From: Candidatus Sericytochromatia bacterium
Lineage (GTDB): Bacteria; Cyanobacteriota; Sericytochromatia; S15B-MN24; UBA4093
Reading direction: 5' to 3'
Assembly (NCBI GenBank): GCA_036676495.1
Contig: JAKFCT010000008.1
Coordinates: 1 to 49,238, forward strand
Length of the DNA stretch: 49,238 nt
Under the pieces are notes generated by a model that worked only from the letters and a program-made list of their open reading frames with translations, searched no databases and was not told the origin of the DNA. Position 1 is the first letter of the stretch. Every line of letters starts with the position of its first letter. Both the position numbers and the translations under genes were made by a program. Below are positions 19,396 to 27,951 of the stretch, in pieces.

Positions 19396-20625
19396 ATGCG
19401 CGCTATCGACCAAATCGCCAGCATTCTCGCCACGCTCAACTCCCAGCGCGTCCGGACCCTCCTCACGCTTCTGGGCATCATCCTGGGCGTGGGCACATTG
19501 GTGCTGCTTTCTAGTGCTATCGAGGGCCTTGGGAAGTACATGGAGCGCGGGTTAAGGACCGCGTCGGGCGAGGATATCATCACCGTCTCCCGGCGTTGGC
19601 GCGATGACGAGACCGGAAAGACCGCCCAGCCCCTGGATCGCTTCGACTCACGGGCCCTCAAGACCGCCCCCACTCTGGAGGGATCCCAGGTGCTCAACAC
19701 CTACACCCAGCGAGTGCCCTACGGCACCCGGGAGGGCCAGCAGGTCCAGGTGGTGGGCACGACTCCGGGAGCCCTCGCGTTCTACGAGCTGCAAGTCGCC
19801 AAGGGTCGGTTCATCACGCAAGCCGACGTCTGGAGCCGAGATCGCGTCGCCGTCCTGGGTTCCGAGGCCGCGACGAAGCTCATTACCTCCGGAGACCCCC
19901 TGGGTCAGGAGATCAAGCTCAAGGGCGTCCGCTTCAAGGTCGTCGGCGTCCTTGCCCCGAAGCCTACCCTGGGCCAAGGCGGCTTCTGGACCTGGAACGG
20001 GGCGGTCGTCGTGAATGAACCGGCCTATACCGACCGGATTTCCGGCTCGCGAGGGATAGAAGACATCGTCCTCAGGACTCCCCCCGAGGCGCTGGAGTCG
20101 CTGGGCTTGGCCCGCCTCGCGCATACGGCCAAGGCCATCGTCTTGAACCGGCACCGGGGGGTGGAGAACTTTCACGTCACGGATCCGATCAAGAACGCGC
20201 AGAGCATGAAGGTGGCCGAGCTGATCATCGGGGGGCTGGAGTTGGCGATCGCCCTCGTCTGCCTCGGCGTCGGCGGCATCAACATCATGAACATCATGCT
20301 CGTCACCGTCACCCAGCGCACCCGCGAGATCGGCATCCGTCGCGCCCTCGGCGCCACCAAGGCCGATATCCGCCGCCAGTTCCTGGTCGAAGCCGCCATT
20401 CTCGCCGCCGTCGGCGGGCTCTTGGGCGTGGCCAGCGGCACGTTGCTGGCATGGCTGCTCTCCGTGATCCTCTCGGCCACCCTCGGCCACTGGCCCTTCA
20501 TCTTCGCCCCCGTTCAAGCCACGCTCGGCTTCGCCTTCGCACTTCTGACCGGGCTCGTTTTCGGCTGGTATCCGGCACACCGGGCCGCCAACCTCTCGCC
20601 GATCGACTGCCTACGCCACGAATAG
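19396..20625 (+). CDS. ABC transporter permease (MacB/FtsX family), second paralog
   Basis: GGINIMNIMLVTVTQRTREIGIRRALGA; FGWYPAHRAANLSPIDCLRHE. Confidence 0.93.
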   Translation: MRAIDQIASILATLNSQRVRTLLTLLGIILGVGTLVLLSSAIEGLGKYMERGLRTASGEDIITVSRRWRDDETGKTAQPLDRFDSRALKTAPTLEGSQVLNTYTQRVPYGTREGQQVQVVGTTPGALAFYELQVAKGRFITQADVWSRDRVAVLGSEAATKLITSGDPLGQEIKLKGVRFKVVGVLAPKPTLGQGGFWTWNGAVVVNEPAYTDRISGSRGIEDIVLRTPPEALESLGLARLAHTAKAIVLNRHRGVENFHVTDPIKNAQSMKVAELIIGGLELAIALVCLGVGGINIMNIMLVTVTQRTREIGIRRALGATKADIRRQFLVEAAILAAVGGLLGVASGTLLAWLLSVILSATLGHWPFIFAPVQATLGFAFALLTGLVFGWYPAHRAANLSPIDCLRHE

Positions 20626-20740
20626 ACGCGCGAGTTCCGGGGGCGCTCGCTCCGGGTTAAGCGTTTTCTATCGAGATTTAACCCAGCTTTTACCGGATCG
20701 GCCGGCTGTTCAGGCATAACCCTGATAAGGGGGACCTTCG

Positions 20741-22066
20741 ATGCAGCCGATGATCAACCAGTCGTATCAGGGGATGTTGCAGCGCCTTGGCCAACTGGCC
20801 GGGAGCGCTCCCGGCGTCTCGCCGGCTCCGATGCCTCCGGCCGCCCCCTATCCCGTCGTCATGCCGGACCAGTTCACCTTGTCGCCATCCGCTCAAGCCA
20901 TGGCGTACCCGTCTGTTTATCAGCCTGTTTATCAGCCTGTTTATCAGCCTGCGGCGGTTCCGCCGGTTTATCCTCCGGTCACTCCCGTCGCGGCTCCTCA
21001 GGTCGTGATGCCGCCCGCTGGGGCGATCGCCCTTGCCCCGCAGCCGCCCGCCGTGATGCCAACCGCCATGGCGCCTGCTACCGTGGCGCCCGCCACTTTA
21101 CCGCAGCCCCAGGCCTCTGCCCTCTCCAACCCGCTGGGAGTCGCCTGGGTCGAAACCTCCGTTCCCGTCGCTCCCACGACGGCACCTTCGTCGAACCCAC
21201 TGGGAGTGTCCTGGCTAGAGATGGCCACGCCTGCGGCTCCTCCTGCCACCCCCCAGCCCGAGGCGAAGCCCGAGCCCAAGCCTGAACCCAAACCTGAGCC
21301 CAAGCCTGAACCCAAACCTGAGCCCAAGCCTGCGCCCAAGCCCGCCTCGTACACGGTGAAGAGTGGGGATACGCTGTCTCGGATCGCTCAGGTCACGCTG
21401 GGAAGCAGCGATCGCTGGCGCGAGATCTACGATCTCAACCGGGGGGTCATCGGCTCCAACCCGAACGTGATCGTCGCCGGCATGGTCCTGGCGCTGCCCG
21501 GCGGTGCGAAGGCCGAGGCCCCGGCCCCCAGCACCTCCAAGGCCGGGAAGGCCCCGTACATCAACCAGTACTCCCCGGCCGGAAATGACGGATCGTACTG
21601 GAACGGCCCCGCCAACTGCGGACCGACGTCCATGGCCATCATCGCCCGGGCCTTCGGCTACGGCGCCAACATGAGCGACGCCAAGCTGATCAACCACCTC
21701 GGCAAGATGGGGGGAACCAGCGGCAACGGCACCAACGTCAACGGCATCGCGGCAATGGCCAAGGGCATCGGCAAGTCGGCCGTGACCAGGGGCCCCGGAG
21801 CCCAGGTGGACTGGATTGCCTCGGAGCTTCGCGCCGGGAAGATGGTGGTGGCCAACGGCGACTACTACGCCATGGCTCCGCATATCGACAACAGCCGGAC
21901 GAGCGGGCACTATGTGGCGGTCATCGGGCTAGACAGCCAGGGCCGCTTCCTGGTTCACGACCCGGCCTGGAAGAACGGCGGGGCTCCCATCGCCCTGACG
22001 CGCGACCAGCTGGCGGTCTTCATTCGCTCCAACCCGAACGGAGGGTGGCAGATTTCGGTCGGGTAG
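20741..22066 (+). CDS. Pro-rich N-terminus + LysM + C39-like cysteine peptidase
   Basis: LysM 'YTVKSGDTLSRIA...WREIYDLN'; catalytic NCGPTSMA, GHYVAVIG and HDP; no Sec signal peptide. Confidence 0.85.
   Translation: MQPMINQSYQGMLQRLGQLAGSAPGVSPAPMPPAAPYPVVMPDQFTLSPSAQAMAYPSVYQPVYQPVYQPAAVPPVYPPVTPVAAPQVVMPPAGAIALAPQPPAVMPTAMAPATVAPATLPQPQASALSNPLGVAWVETSVPVAPTTAPSSNPLGVSWLEMATPAAPPATPQPEAKPEPKPEPKPEPKPEPKPEPKPAPKPASYTVKSGDTLSRIAQVTLGSSDRWREIYDLNRGVIGSNPNVIVAGMVLALPGGAKAEAPAPSTSKAGKAPYINQYSPAGNDGSYWNGPANCGPTSMAIIARAFGYGANMSDAKLINHLGKMGGTSGNGTNVNGIAAMAKGIGKSAVTRGPGAQVDWIASELRAGKMVVANGDYYAMAPHIDNSRTSGHYVAVIGLDSQGRFLVHDPAWKNGGAPIALTRDQLAVFIRSNPNGGWQISVG
20915..20950 (+). repeat. 12-bp tandem repeat x3 (VYQP)
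   Basis: GTTTATCAGCCT x3, exact. Confidence 0.9.
21266..21343 (+). repeat. 12/24-bp tandem repeat encoding a (PKPE)n linker
   Basis: Alternating CCCAAGCCTGAA/CCCAAACCTGAG units. Confidence 0.9.
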
Positions 22067-22081
22067 CCGACTCCTGACAGC

Positions 22082-22119
22082 AAGACGCCCGTCTGCCGAG
22101 AACGGCAGGCGGGCGTCTT
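22082..22119. terminator. Hairpin between convergent genes, probable bidirectional terminator
   Basis: AAGACGCCCGTCTGCCG-AGAA-CGGCAGGCGGGCGTCTT. Confidence 0.8.
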
Positions 22120-22135
22120 AATTACCCTTAAGCGA

Positions 22136-22330
22136 TCACGAGGCCTCTTTCCCGAAGTCGGGATCGATGGGGCCTTGGCCCACGCCCAGCGGAATGGCGC
22201 AGGGATTGCAGACCCAGAAGTGGATGAGGCGCATGCCGTTTTCGCTGACGGCATCGTAGAAGTTGCCGAAGCGCTCCGGGCCTTCCGGTTGCTTGCACAT
22301 GGTGCAGATATGGGGTTCTTGCTCTGACAC
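22136..22330 (-). CDS. Small Cys/His-rich (Zn-ribbon-like) protein
   Basis: AGGAG RBS before GTG; CTMC...HFWVCNPC; starts just downstream of the second LysM-C39 gene. Confidence 0.65.
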   Translation of the reverse strand: MSEQEPHICTMCKQPEGPERFGNFYDAVSENGMRLIHFWVCNPCAIPLGVGQGPIDPDFGKEAS

Positions 22331-22354
22331 GAAAGACTCCTATTGCCGTGGGGG

Positions 22355-23113
22355 CTAGCCGAGGGCGATCGCGTTGCCGCCGAGCTGGTGGGTGCGGAGG
22401 AACTGGTTCATGGCCTCGGGGCTCACCGCCCGGACGTTGGGGTCGGCGGGATCGTTGACCAGGAAATTCCCGCGGTCGTCCATGCCGACCACCGAGACGA
22501 AGTGGCCGCTGTTCTTGCCGCCATTGGCATGGGGCGGCATGGCGTAGTAGTTGCCGTTGGCCACGACCTGCTTTCCGTCGCGAAGCTGGTCGGCGATCCA
22601 CTGGGTGCTGACGCTGTACTTCGCTTGAGCGGGGGCGCCGATAGCCTGCGCCATCGAGACGATGCCGTTGACGCCGGTGCCGTTGCTGCTGGTTCCGCCG
22701 ATCTTGCCGAGGTGGTTGATGAGCTGGGCATCCGTCATGCCTTCGCCGTATCCCCGGGAGCGGGCGAACATGGCCATGGAGGTGGGGCCACAGTTGGCGG
22801 GACCGTTCCAGTAGGAGCCGTTGTTGCCCGAGGGGTTGTACTGGCTGATGAGCGGGACGTTACCGGCACGGACTGCCGGACCGCCCGTCACGGAAGCGGT
22901 CTGAGCCATGGCCGACACTCCGCCGTAAGCCCCGTAGCGGCTAGCGGCCTGTCCCGAGCTCTGAGCGGAATCTCCGGGAACCTTGAGCGACCGGCCGGCG
23001 ATGATGAGGTCCGGGTTCTGGATGCCGTTGGCCTTGGCCAGATCCTGAACGCTGGTGCCGAACTTCCGGGCCAGGGCACCAAGGGTGTCGCCCCATTTGA
23101 TTTTCACGTCCAT
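22355..23113 (-). CDS. LysM + C39-like cysteine peptidase (paralog of 20741..22066)
   Basis: LysM 'IKWGDTLGALARKFGTSVQDLAKANGIQNPDLIIAG'; NCGPTSMA, GHFVSVVG, NDP. Confidence 0.87.
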   Translation of the reverse strand: MDVKIKWGDTLGALARKFGTSVQDLAKANGIQNPDLIIAGRSLKVPGDSAQSSGQAASRYGAYGGVSAMAQTASVTGGPAVRAGNVPLISQYNPSGNNGSYWNGPANCGPTSMAMFARSRGYGEGMTDAQLINHLGKIGGTSSNGTGVNGIVSMAQAIGAPAQAKYSVSTQWIADQLRDGKQVVANGNYYAMPPHANGGKNSGHFVSVVGMDDRGNFLVNDPADPNVRAVSPEAMNQFLRTHQLGGNAIALG

Positions 23114-23319
23114 GCGCGTCCTCTTTCGTCTTGATGCCGCTATAGGTCTTATGGACGGAAACGCGAGATTTTAGCGGGATAAAAGCAAGATCTGACGAAG
23201 ATTTATCGGGGAGTTAATACGCGCCGATCGACTGGCGGGATGCCCCGGCCCTCGGTAGACTAATGGGGTTTGACGTTGCCGGATCCTGGTTGCGGGACCC
23301 GGCCGACCATGGAGGACCC

Positions 23320-24744
23320 ATGAAGCACGCATCTGCCCTTGCCCTGGCGGCGACGATCCTCGTCACCGCGGGGGTGCCGGCCGTCGGGGCCACGGTGCCG
23401 GTCCCGCAGGCTCCCGCCTCGGCGGCCAAAGCCTCGCCGTCCCCGCGCATTCCGGTCCAGGAGCACACCCTCTCCAACGGTCTCAAGGTCCTCCTCGTGG
23501 AGAACCACAAGGCGCCGGTCGTGTCGGTGCAGGTCTGGTACCGTGTCGGCTCGCGCAACGAAGATATCGGCAAGACCGGCTTGGCCCACGTGACCGAGCA
23601 CATGATGTTCCAGGGTTCCAAGAACTACGCCACCGGCAAGTACAAGGAGCTCGTGGAGGCCAACGGGGGCGACTACAACGCCTTCACCACCGAGGACATC
23701 ACGGCCTACTACGCCACCTTCGCATCCGATAAGCTGGAGCTCGCCCTCTCGCTCGAGGCGGATCGCATGACGGGCCTGATCATCCCCGAGTCGAAGTTCG
23801 GCTCCGAGGTCGAGGTGGTCAAGGAAGAGCGTCGCTGGCGCACCGAGAACTCGCCGTTCGGCATGATGTGGGAAGTCCTGGGATCCACCGCTTACCAGGC
23901 GCACCCCTACCGCTGGCCCGTGGTCGGCTGGATGAGCGATCTCGACGGTCTCACGCGCAAGGATGCCTGGGATTTCTACAAGCGCTTCTACCACCCCAAC
24001 AACGCGACGCTCGTCGTCTCGGGCGACTTCACCGCCAAGCAAGCGCTGCCGATCATCCAGAAGACCTTTGGGAAGATCCCCAAGGGCCCCGTGCCTCCCC
24101 AGGTGATGACCGTCGAGCCCAAGCAGATGGGCGAGCGCCGTTCGGAGATCGTCCGCCCGGTTCAGACCGCCAGCGCCATGGTGGCCTATCATATCCCGGC
24201 CTTCGGCCATCCGGACCTCTATGCCCTGCAGATCCTCGAGAACCTGCTCGCCAACGGCGAGTCCTCGCGGCTCTACCAGGATCTCGTGTACCAGAAGGCG
24301 ATCGCCCAGGACGTGGGCACTTACATGTCCAAGCAGATCAACCCCAGCCTCTTCCTTCTCTACGGCACGCTCGCGCCCGGCAAGGCGCCTACGGCGCTCG
24401 AAGAGGGCCTCTACGCCCAGATCGAGCGTCTGAAGTCCGAGCCCGTCAGCGACCGCGAACTCCAGAAGGCCAAGAACCAGGTTGAAGCCTCCTTCCTCTT
24501 CGGCCAGCAGAAGGCCGAGCAGGTGGCCAACGTCCTGGGCGAGGCCGCAACCCTCAAGGACTACCGTCTCGCCAACCAGGCCGTGGATCGGGTCCGAGCC
24601 GTGAGCGCCGCGGACGTCATGCGCGTGGCCAAGACCTATTTCACCAAGGAGAACCGCTCGGTGGTGACCTTGATTCCCGCGCCCCGCGCCTCCGGCGTCA
24701 GCGGCTCGGCAGGCGCCAGCGGCTCGAAGGAGGAGCAGAAGTGA
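23320..24744 (+). CDS. M16 zinc peptidase, catalytic subunit (exported)
   Basis: HVTEH (HxxEH), NAFT, EVVKEER, YHPNNA; signal peptide; GGAGG RBS. Confidence 0.92.
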   Translation: MKHASALALAATILVTAGVPAVGATVPVPQAPASAAKASPSPRIPVQEHTLSNGLKVLLVENHKAPVVSVQVWYRVGSRNEDIGKTGLAHVTEHMMFQGSKNYATGKYKELVEANGGDYNAFTTEDITAYYATFASDKLELALSLEADRMTGLIIPESKFGSEVEVVKEERRWRTENSPFGMMWEVLGSTAYQAHPYRWPVVGWMSDLDGLTRKDAWDFYKRFYHPNNATLVVSGDFTAKQALPIIQKTFGKIPKGPVPPQVMTVEPKQMGERRSEIVRPVQTASAMVAYHIPAFGHPDLYALQILENLLANGESSRLYQDLVYQKAIAQDVGTYMSKQINPSLFLLYGTLAPGKAPTALEEGLYAQIERLKSEPVSDRELQKAKNQVEASFLFGQQKAEQVANVLGEAATLKDYRLANQAVDRVRAVSAADVMRVAKTYFTKENRSVVTLIPAPRASGVSGSAGASGSKEEQK

Positions 24745-26204
24745 TCCGGATCATGAAGCCCATGGCTCCCTCGTTTTTCGGCGCGCTGCTGGCCGCCACC
24801 TTCCTGATGCAGCCGGCCTTGACGCCGGAGGCGCTCGCGGCCCCGGCGCAAGCCAAAACGGTCAAGCCGCAATCCAAAGCCTCTCAGCTGAAAGCGCTTC
24901 CGAAGCCCCAGGAGTTCCGCCTCGCCAACGGCCTCAAGGTCCTTCTGGTCGAGCGCCATGACCTGCCGCTGGTCCAGGTGCAGGTGGTCTTCCGCGCCGG
25001 CCGCCTTTACGAGCCTGCCGGCAAGGCGGGCGTCGCGGAGCTCACCGCGCGCCTCCTCACCAAGGGCACCCACTCGCGCACGGCGACCCAGATCGCCGAT
25101 GCGATCGACTTCGTGGGCGGCTCACTCTCCGTCGACACCGATGCCGACATGGCGACCGCCGGCCTCGCGGTCATGAAGAAGGACCTTTCCACCGGGCTGG
25201 AGCTGCTCGGCGACGTGTTGACGCACCCCGCCTTCAGTTCCGAGGAGCTCACGCGGGCGCGGGAGCAGGCGATCGCCCGCCTCCAGAGCACCCTCGACGA
25301 CGCCGATGCCGTGCTGGGCGCGGCCTACGACCGCGCCCTCTATGGCCAGCACCCTTACGGCCGTTCGAACCTCGGTACCGAGGCCTCGCTCGCGGCCCTC
25401 ACGCGCGAGGACGTCGTGGCCTTCCACCAGGAGCGTTACCGCCCCGACGGAGCCTTCGCCGTGATCGTGGGCGACGTGACCCGCGCCGAGGTCGAGTCCC
25501 GCTTCGGCGAGGCCCTCTCGGAGTGGACGGGCAAGGTCTCGGGCACTGAGCCTCCTCAGCCTCCCGCCCCCGTCAAGGGCAAGCAGGTCATGCTGGTCGA
25601 CATGGACGTGAACCAGTCCTATGTCCTCTGGGGCAACCAAAGCTTCAAGCGGAACGATCCCGACTACTACGCGACCTCCCTGATGCTCTCCATCCTGGGA
25701 GGCGGCATGAACTCCCGACTCTTCTCGGAAGTGCGCGATCGCCAGGGCCTCGCCTACGGAGTCTGGTCCTCCAACCGCATGGAATTGACCTCGGGTTCCG
25801 TCATGGTCGGCCTTCAGACCAAGACCGCCTCGACCAAGCAAGCGCTGAGTAGCATCCAGCGCGAGATCGCGCGCATGGCCAAGGACGGTGTGACCGCCAA
25901 GGAACTCGCCGACGCCAAGTCCTCCATGCTCGGCTTCTTCCCCATGCAACTCGAATCCAACCCGGATCTCGCCCGGATGCTCACCCGGATCGAGTTCTAC
26001 GGGCTGGGCTCCGACTACCTGAGCCGCTTCTCGGAGCGGATCTCGGCGGTCGATCGCCAGGCGATCCGCCGGGCCGCCCAGAAGTACCTGCCCTCCGGGG
26101 ATTACGCCTTGGTCCTCGTGGCCCCGGCCGGGCAGATTGAGGCCGACCTGAAGGCCTTCGGCGCCCTGAAGACGCTCTCCAAGCAAGAGCTGATCCGCCA
26201 GTAG
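24741..26204 (+). CDS. M16 peptidase family, non-catalytic partner subunit
   Basis: LANGLKVLLVE, HxxEH replaced by ELTAR, SRLFSEVRDRQGLAY; GTGA overlap with the upstream gene. Confidence 0.9.
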   Translation: MIRIMKPMAPSFFGALLAATFLMQPALTPEALAAPAQAKTVKPQSKASQLKALPKPQEFRLANGLKVLLVERHDLPLVQVQVVFRAGRLYEPAGKAGVAELTARLLTKGTHSRTATQIADAIDFVGGSLSVDTDADMATAGLAVMKKDLSTGLELLGDVLTHPAFSSEELTRAREQAIARLQSTLDDADAVLGAAYDRALYGQHPYGRSNLGTEASLAALTREDVVAFHQERYRPDGAFAVIVGDVTRAEVESRFGEALSEWTGKVSGTEPPQPPAPVKGKQVMLVDMDVNQSYVLWGNQSFKRNDPDYYATSLMLSILGGGMNSRLFSEVRDRQGLAYGVWSSNRMELTSGSVMVGLQTKTASTKQALSSIQREIARMAKDGVTAKELADAKSSMLGFFPMQLESNPDLARMLTRIEFYGLGSDYLSRFSERISAVDRQAIRRAAQKYLPSGDYALVLVAPAGQIEADLKAFGALKTLSKQELIRQ

Positions 26205-26217
26205 CGCGCTTGGCGCC

Positions 26218-26265
26218 AAAGCGAGGCGGGGCCGGGGTTTAAACCCCGGCCCCGCCTCGCTTTTT
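26218..26265 (+). terminator. Rho-independent terminator
   Basis: Perfect palindrome AAAGCGAGGCGGGGCCGGGGTTT/AAACCCCGGCCCCGCCTCGCTTT followed by a T run. Confidence 0.9.
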
Positions 26266-26384
26266 GAAAATAATTGGAAGAAATTAAGAGTTTAAAGGCA
26301 AGATTAAATCCTGGTTGTCTATAATCAATTCAGCCCCGGCTCGACCCGGGAAAGATTGAGCCCCTGTAGGAGGATCTTGCTTCG

Positions 26385-27581
26385 ATGAACCGCTTCCGCT
26401 TGCTGACCGGAACCCTCCTTGCCTCCGCCATCCTCGCTGGCTGCGGCATGCCCTCGTCGATGGCCCCGATGGGCGCCAACAGCCCGTCCGTTGCAAAGAA
26501 CGACTTCCGCGGCAACGGCACCTCCCGTCGTGAGATCGTCGTCAAGCTCACCCCCGGTATCGGCGCCAAGAGCCTCGGCATCAAGGTGAAGCGGACCATC
26601 CCCTCGATCAACACCATGGTCGTCGAGGTTCCGGACGGCAAGACTCCCGAGCAGGTCATGGCGGACCTCCAGAAGACCGGCCGCGTCCAGTACGTCGACT
26701 ACGTCAACCAGGTCATCCTCGAGGCCGACGCCGTCGACCCGATGATGAAGGATCAGTACGCCCTCACGAACACCAAGGCCACCACGGCCTGGAAGACCAC
26801 CAAGGGCGACGCCAAGACCATCATCGCCGTCATCGACACCGGCGCTGACCTGAACCACCCCGACCTCAAGGACAAGATCGTCTCCTCCTACAACGTCTTC
26901 ACCAAGACCTCGGCGGTCTCTGACTCGCACGGCCACGGCACCCACTGCGCCGGCATCGCCGCCGCTGCCCTCAATGGCGTGGGCATCGCGGGCATCGCTC
27001 CCGACGCGGGCCTCATGCCGGTTCAGGTCCTCAACGCCAGCGGTGGCGGGTCGGATGCGACCATCGCCGAAGGCATCGTCTGGGCCGCGGACAACGGCGC
27101 CAAGGTCATGACCATGAGCCTCGGCCTCTACAAGCGCTCGAAGGTCATCGAGGAGGCTCTGCAGTATGCCCTCGACAAGAACATCTCGCTCGTCGCTTCG
27201 GCCGGTAACAACAACGCCCTGAACGACCCCGAGAAGGCTCCTCACCTGCCCTCGACCTACCCCGGCGTCATCGAAGTGGCGGCCACGGACAACGCCAACC
27301 AGAAGGCTCGCTTCTCGAACTTCGGCAAGACCGTCTCCGTCGCGGCCCCTGGTGTGGACATCCTCTCGACCGTTCCCGGCAACTACAAGAAGATGAGCGG
27401 CACCTCGATGGCTTCCCCCGCCGCCGCCGGCGTGGTCGCCCTGATCCGCAGCAAGTACCCCAGCCTCAACCAGGCTCAGGTCAAGGCTCACCTCGAGAAG
27501 ACCGCCCAGGACCTCGGTACTGCCGGCTTCGACGAGATCTACGGTCACGGTCTGGTGGACGCCGCCGCCGCCGTCCAGTAA
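26385..27581 (+). CDS. S8 subtilase (thermitase-like) lipoprotein
   Basis: Lipobox LAGC; triad VIDTG, HGHGTHCAG, GTSMAS; oxyanion AGN; TATAAT at 26320, AGGAGG RBS. Confidence 0.95.
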   Translation: MNRFRLLTGTLLASAILAGCGMPSSMAPMGANSPSVAKNDFRGNGTSRREIVVKLTPGIGAKSLGIKVKRTIPSINTMVVEVPDGKTPEQVMADLQKTGRVQYVDYVNQVILEADAVDPMMKDQYALTNTKATTAWKTTKGDAKTIIAVIDTGADLNHPDLKDKIVSSYNVFTKTSAVSDSHGHGTHCAGIAAAALNGVGIAGIAPDAGLMPVQVLNASGGGSDATIAEGIVWAADNGAKVMTMSLGLYKRSKVIEEALQYALDKNISLVASAGNNNALNDPEKAPHLPSTYPGVIEVAATDNANQKARFSNFGKTVSVAAPGVDILSTVPGNYKKMSGTSMASPAAAGVVALIRSKYPSLNQAQVKAHLEKTAQDLGTAGFDEIYGHGLVDAAAAVQ

Positions 27582-27592
27582 GTTCCAGAATC

Positions 27593-27630
27593 AACCGGGG
27601 CTGTCTCACGCGCGTGAGACAGCCCCGGTT
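27593..27630. terminator. Hairpin terminator after the subtilase
   Basis: AACCGGGGCTGTCTCACGCGCGTGAGACAGCCCCGGTT is a perfect palindrome. Confidence 0.8.
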
Positions 27631-27660
27631 CTGTTGTGACGCCCCTCCCGTCACCCCTCC

Positions 27661-27868
27661 CGTCACCCCCGCGCACGCGGGGGTCCAGCTCCTGGGGTTG
27701 AGGGCATGGCAATCGTATGCCCGTCATCCCTGCGCCTGTGGGGACCAACTTTCAGCCTGAAGTGGGTTGTCATCGCCCAGGAGGGTCACCCCCGCGGACG
27801 CGGGGGGCCAGCCTGAACGGATGCTGTCAGGTGGGTTGCCCTGGATTCCCGCGTGCGCGGGAATGACG
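27661..27868. repeat. Cluster of REP-type palindromes (GTCAYYCCCGCG..CGCGGGRRTCCAG family)
   Basis: Copies at 27661-27688, 27722-27748 (degenerate), 27785-27811 and, inverted, 27841-27868. Confidence 0.8.
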
Positions 27869-27890
27869 CTCAAGCGCGTGCCTCGGGGTC

Positions 27891-27947
27891 GGCCTCTGAG
27901 CGGGTGGGTGGGTCTCTGTGCGGGTGGGACGGGCCTCTGTGCCCGCC
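27891..27947. repeat. Degenerate ~20-bp tandem repeat of a second REP-like motif
   Basis: GGCCTCTGAGCGGGTGGG / GGTCTCTGTGCGGGTGGG / GGCCTCTGTGCCCGCC. Confidence 0.6.
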
Positions 27948-27951
27948 ATGG

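Noticed and set aside
24741-26204. Loss of HxxEH as a novelty
   Set aside because: Active/inactive heterodimers are normal for M16B peptidases.
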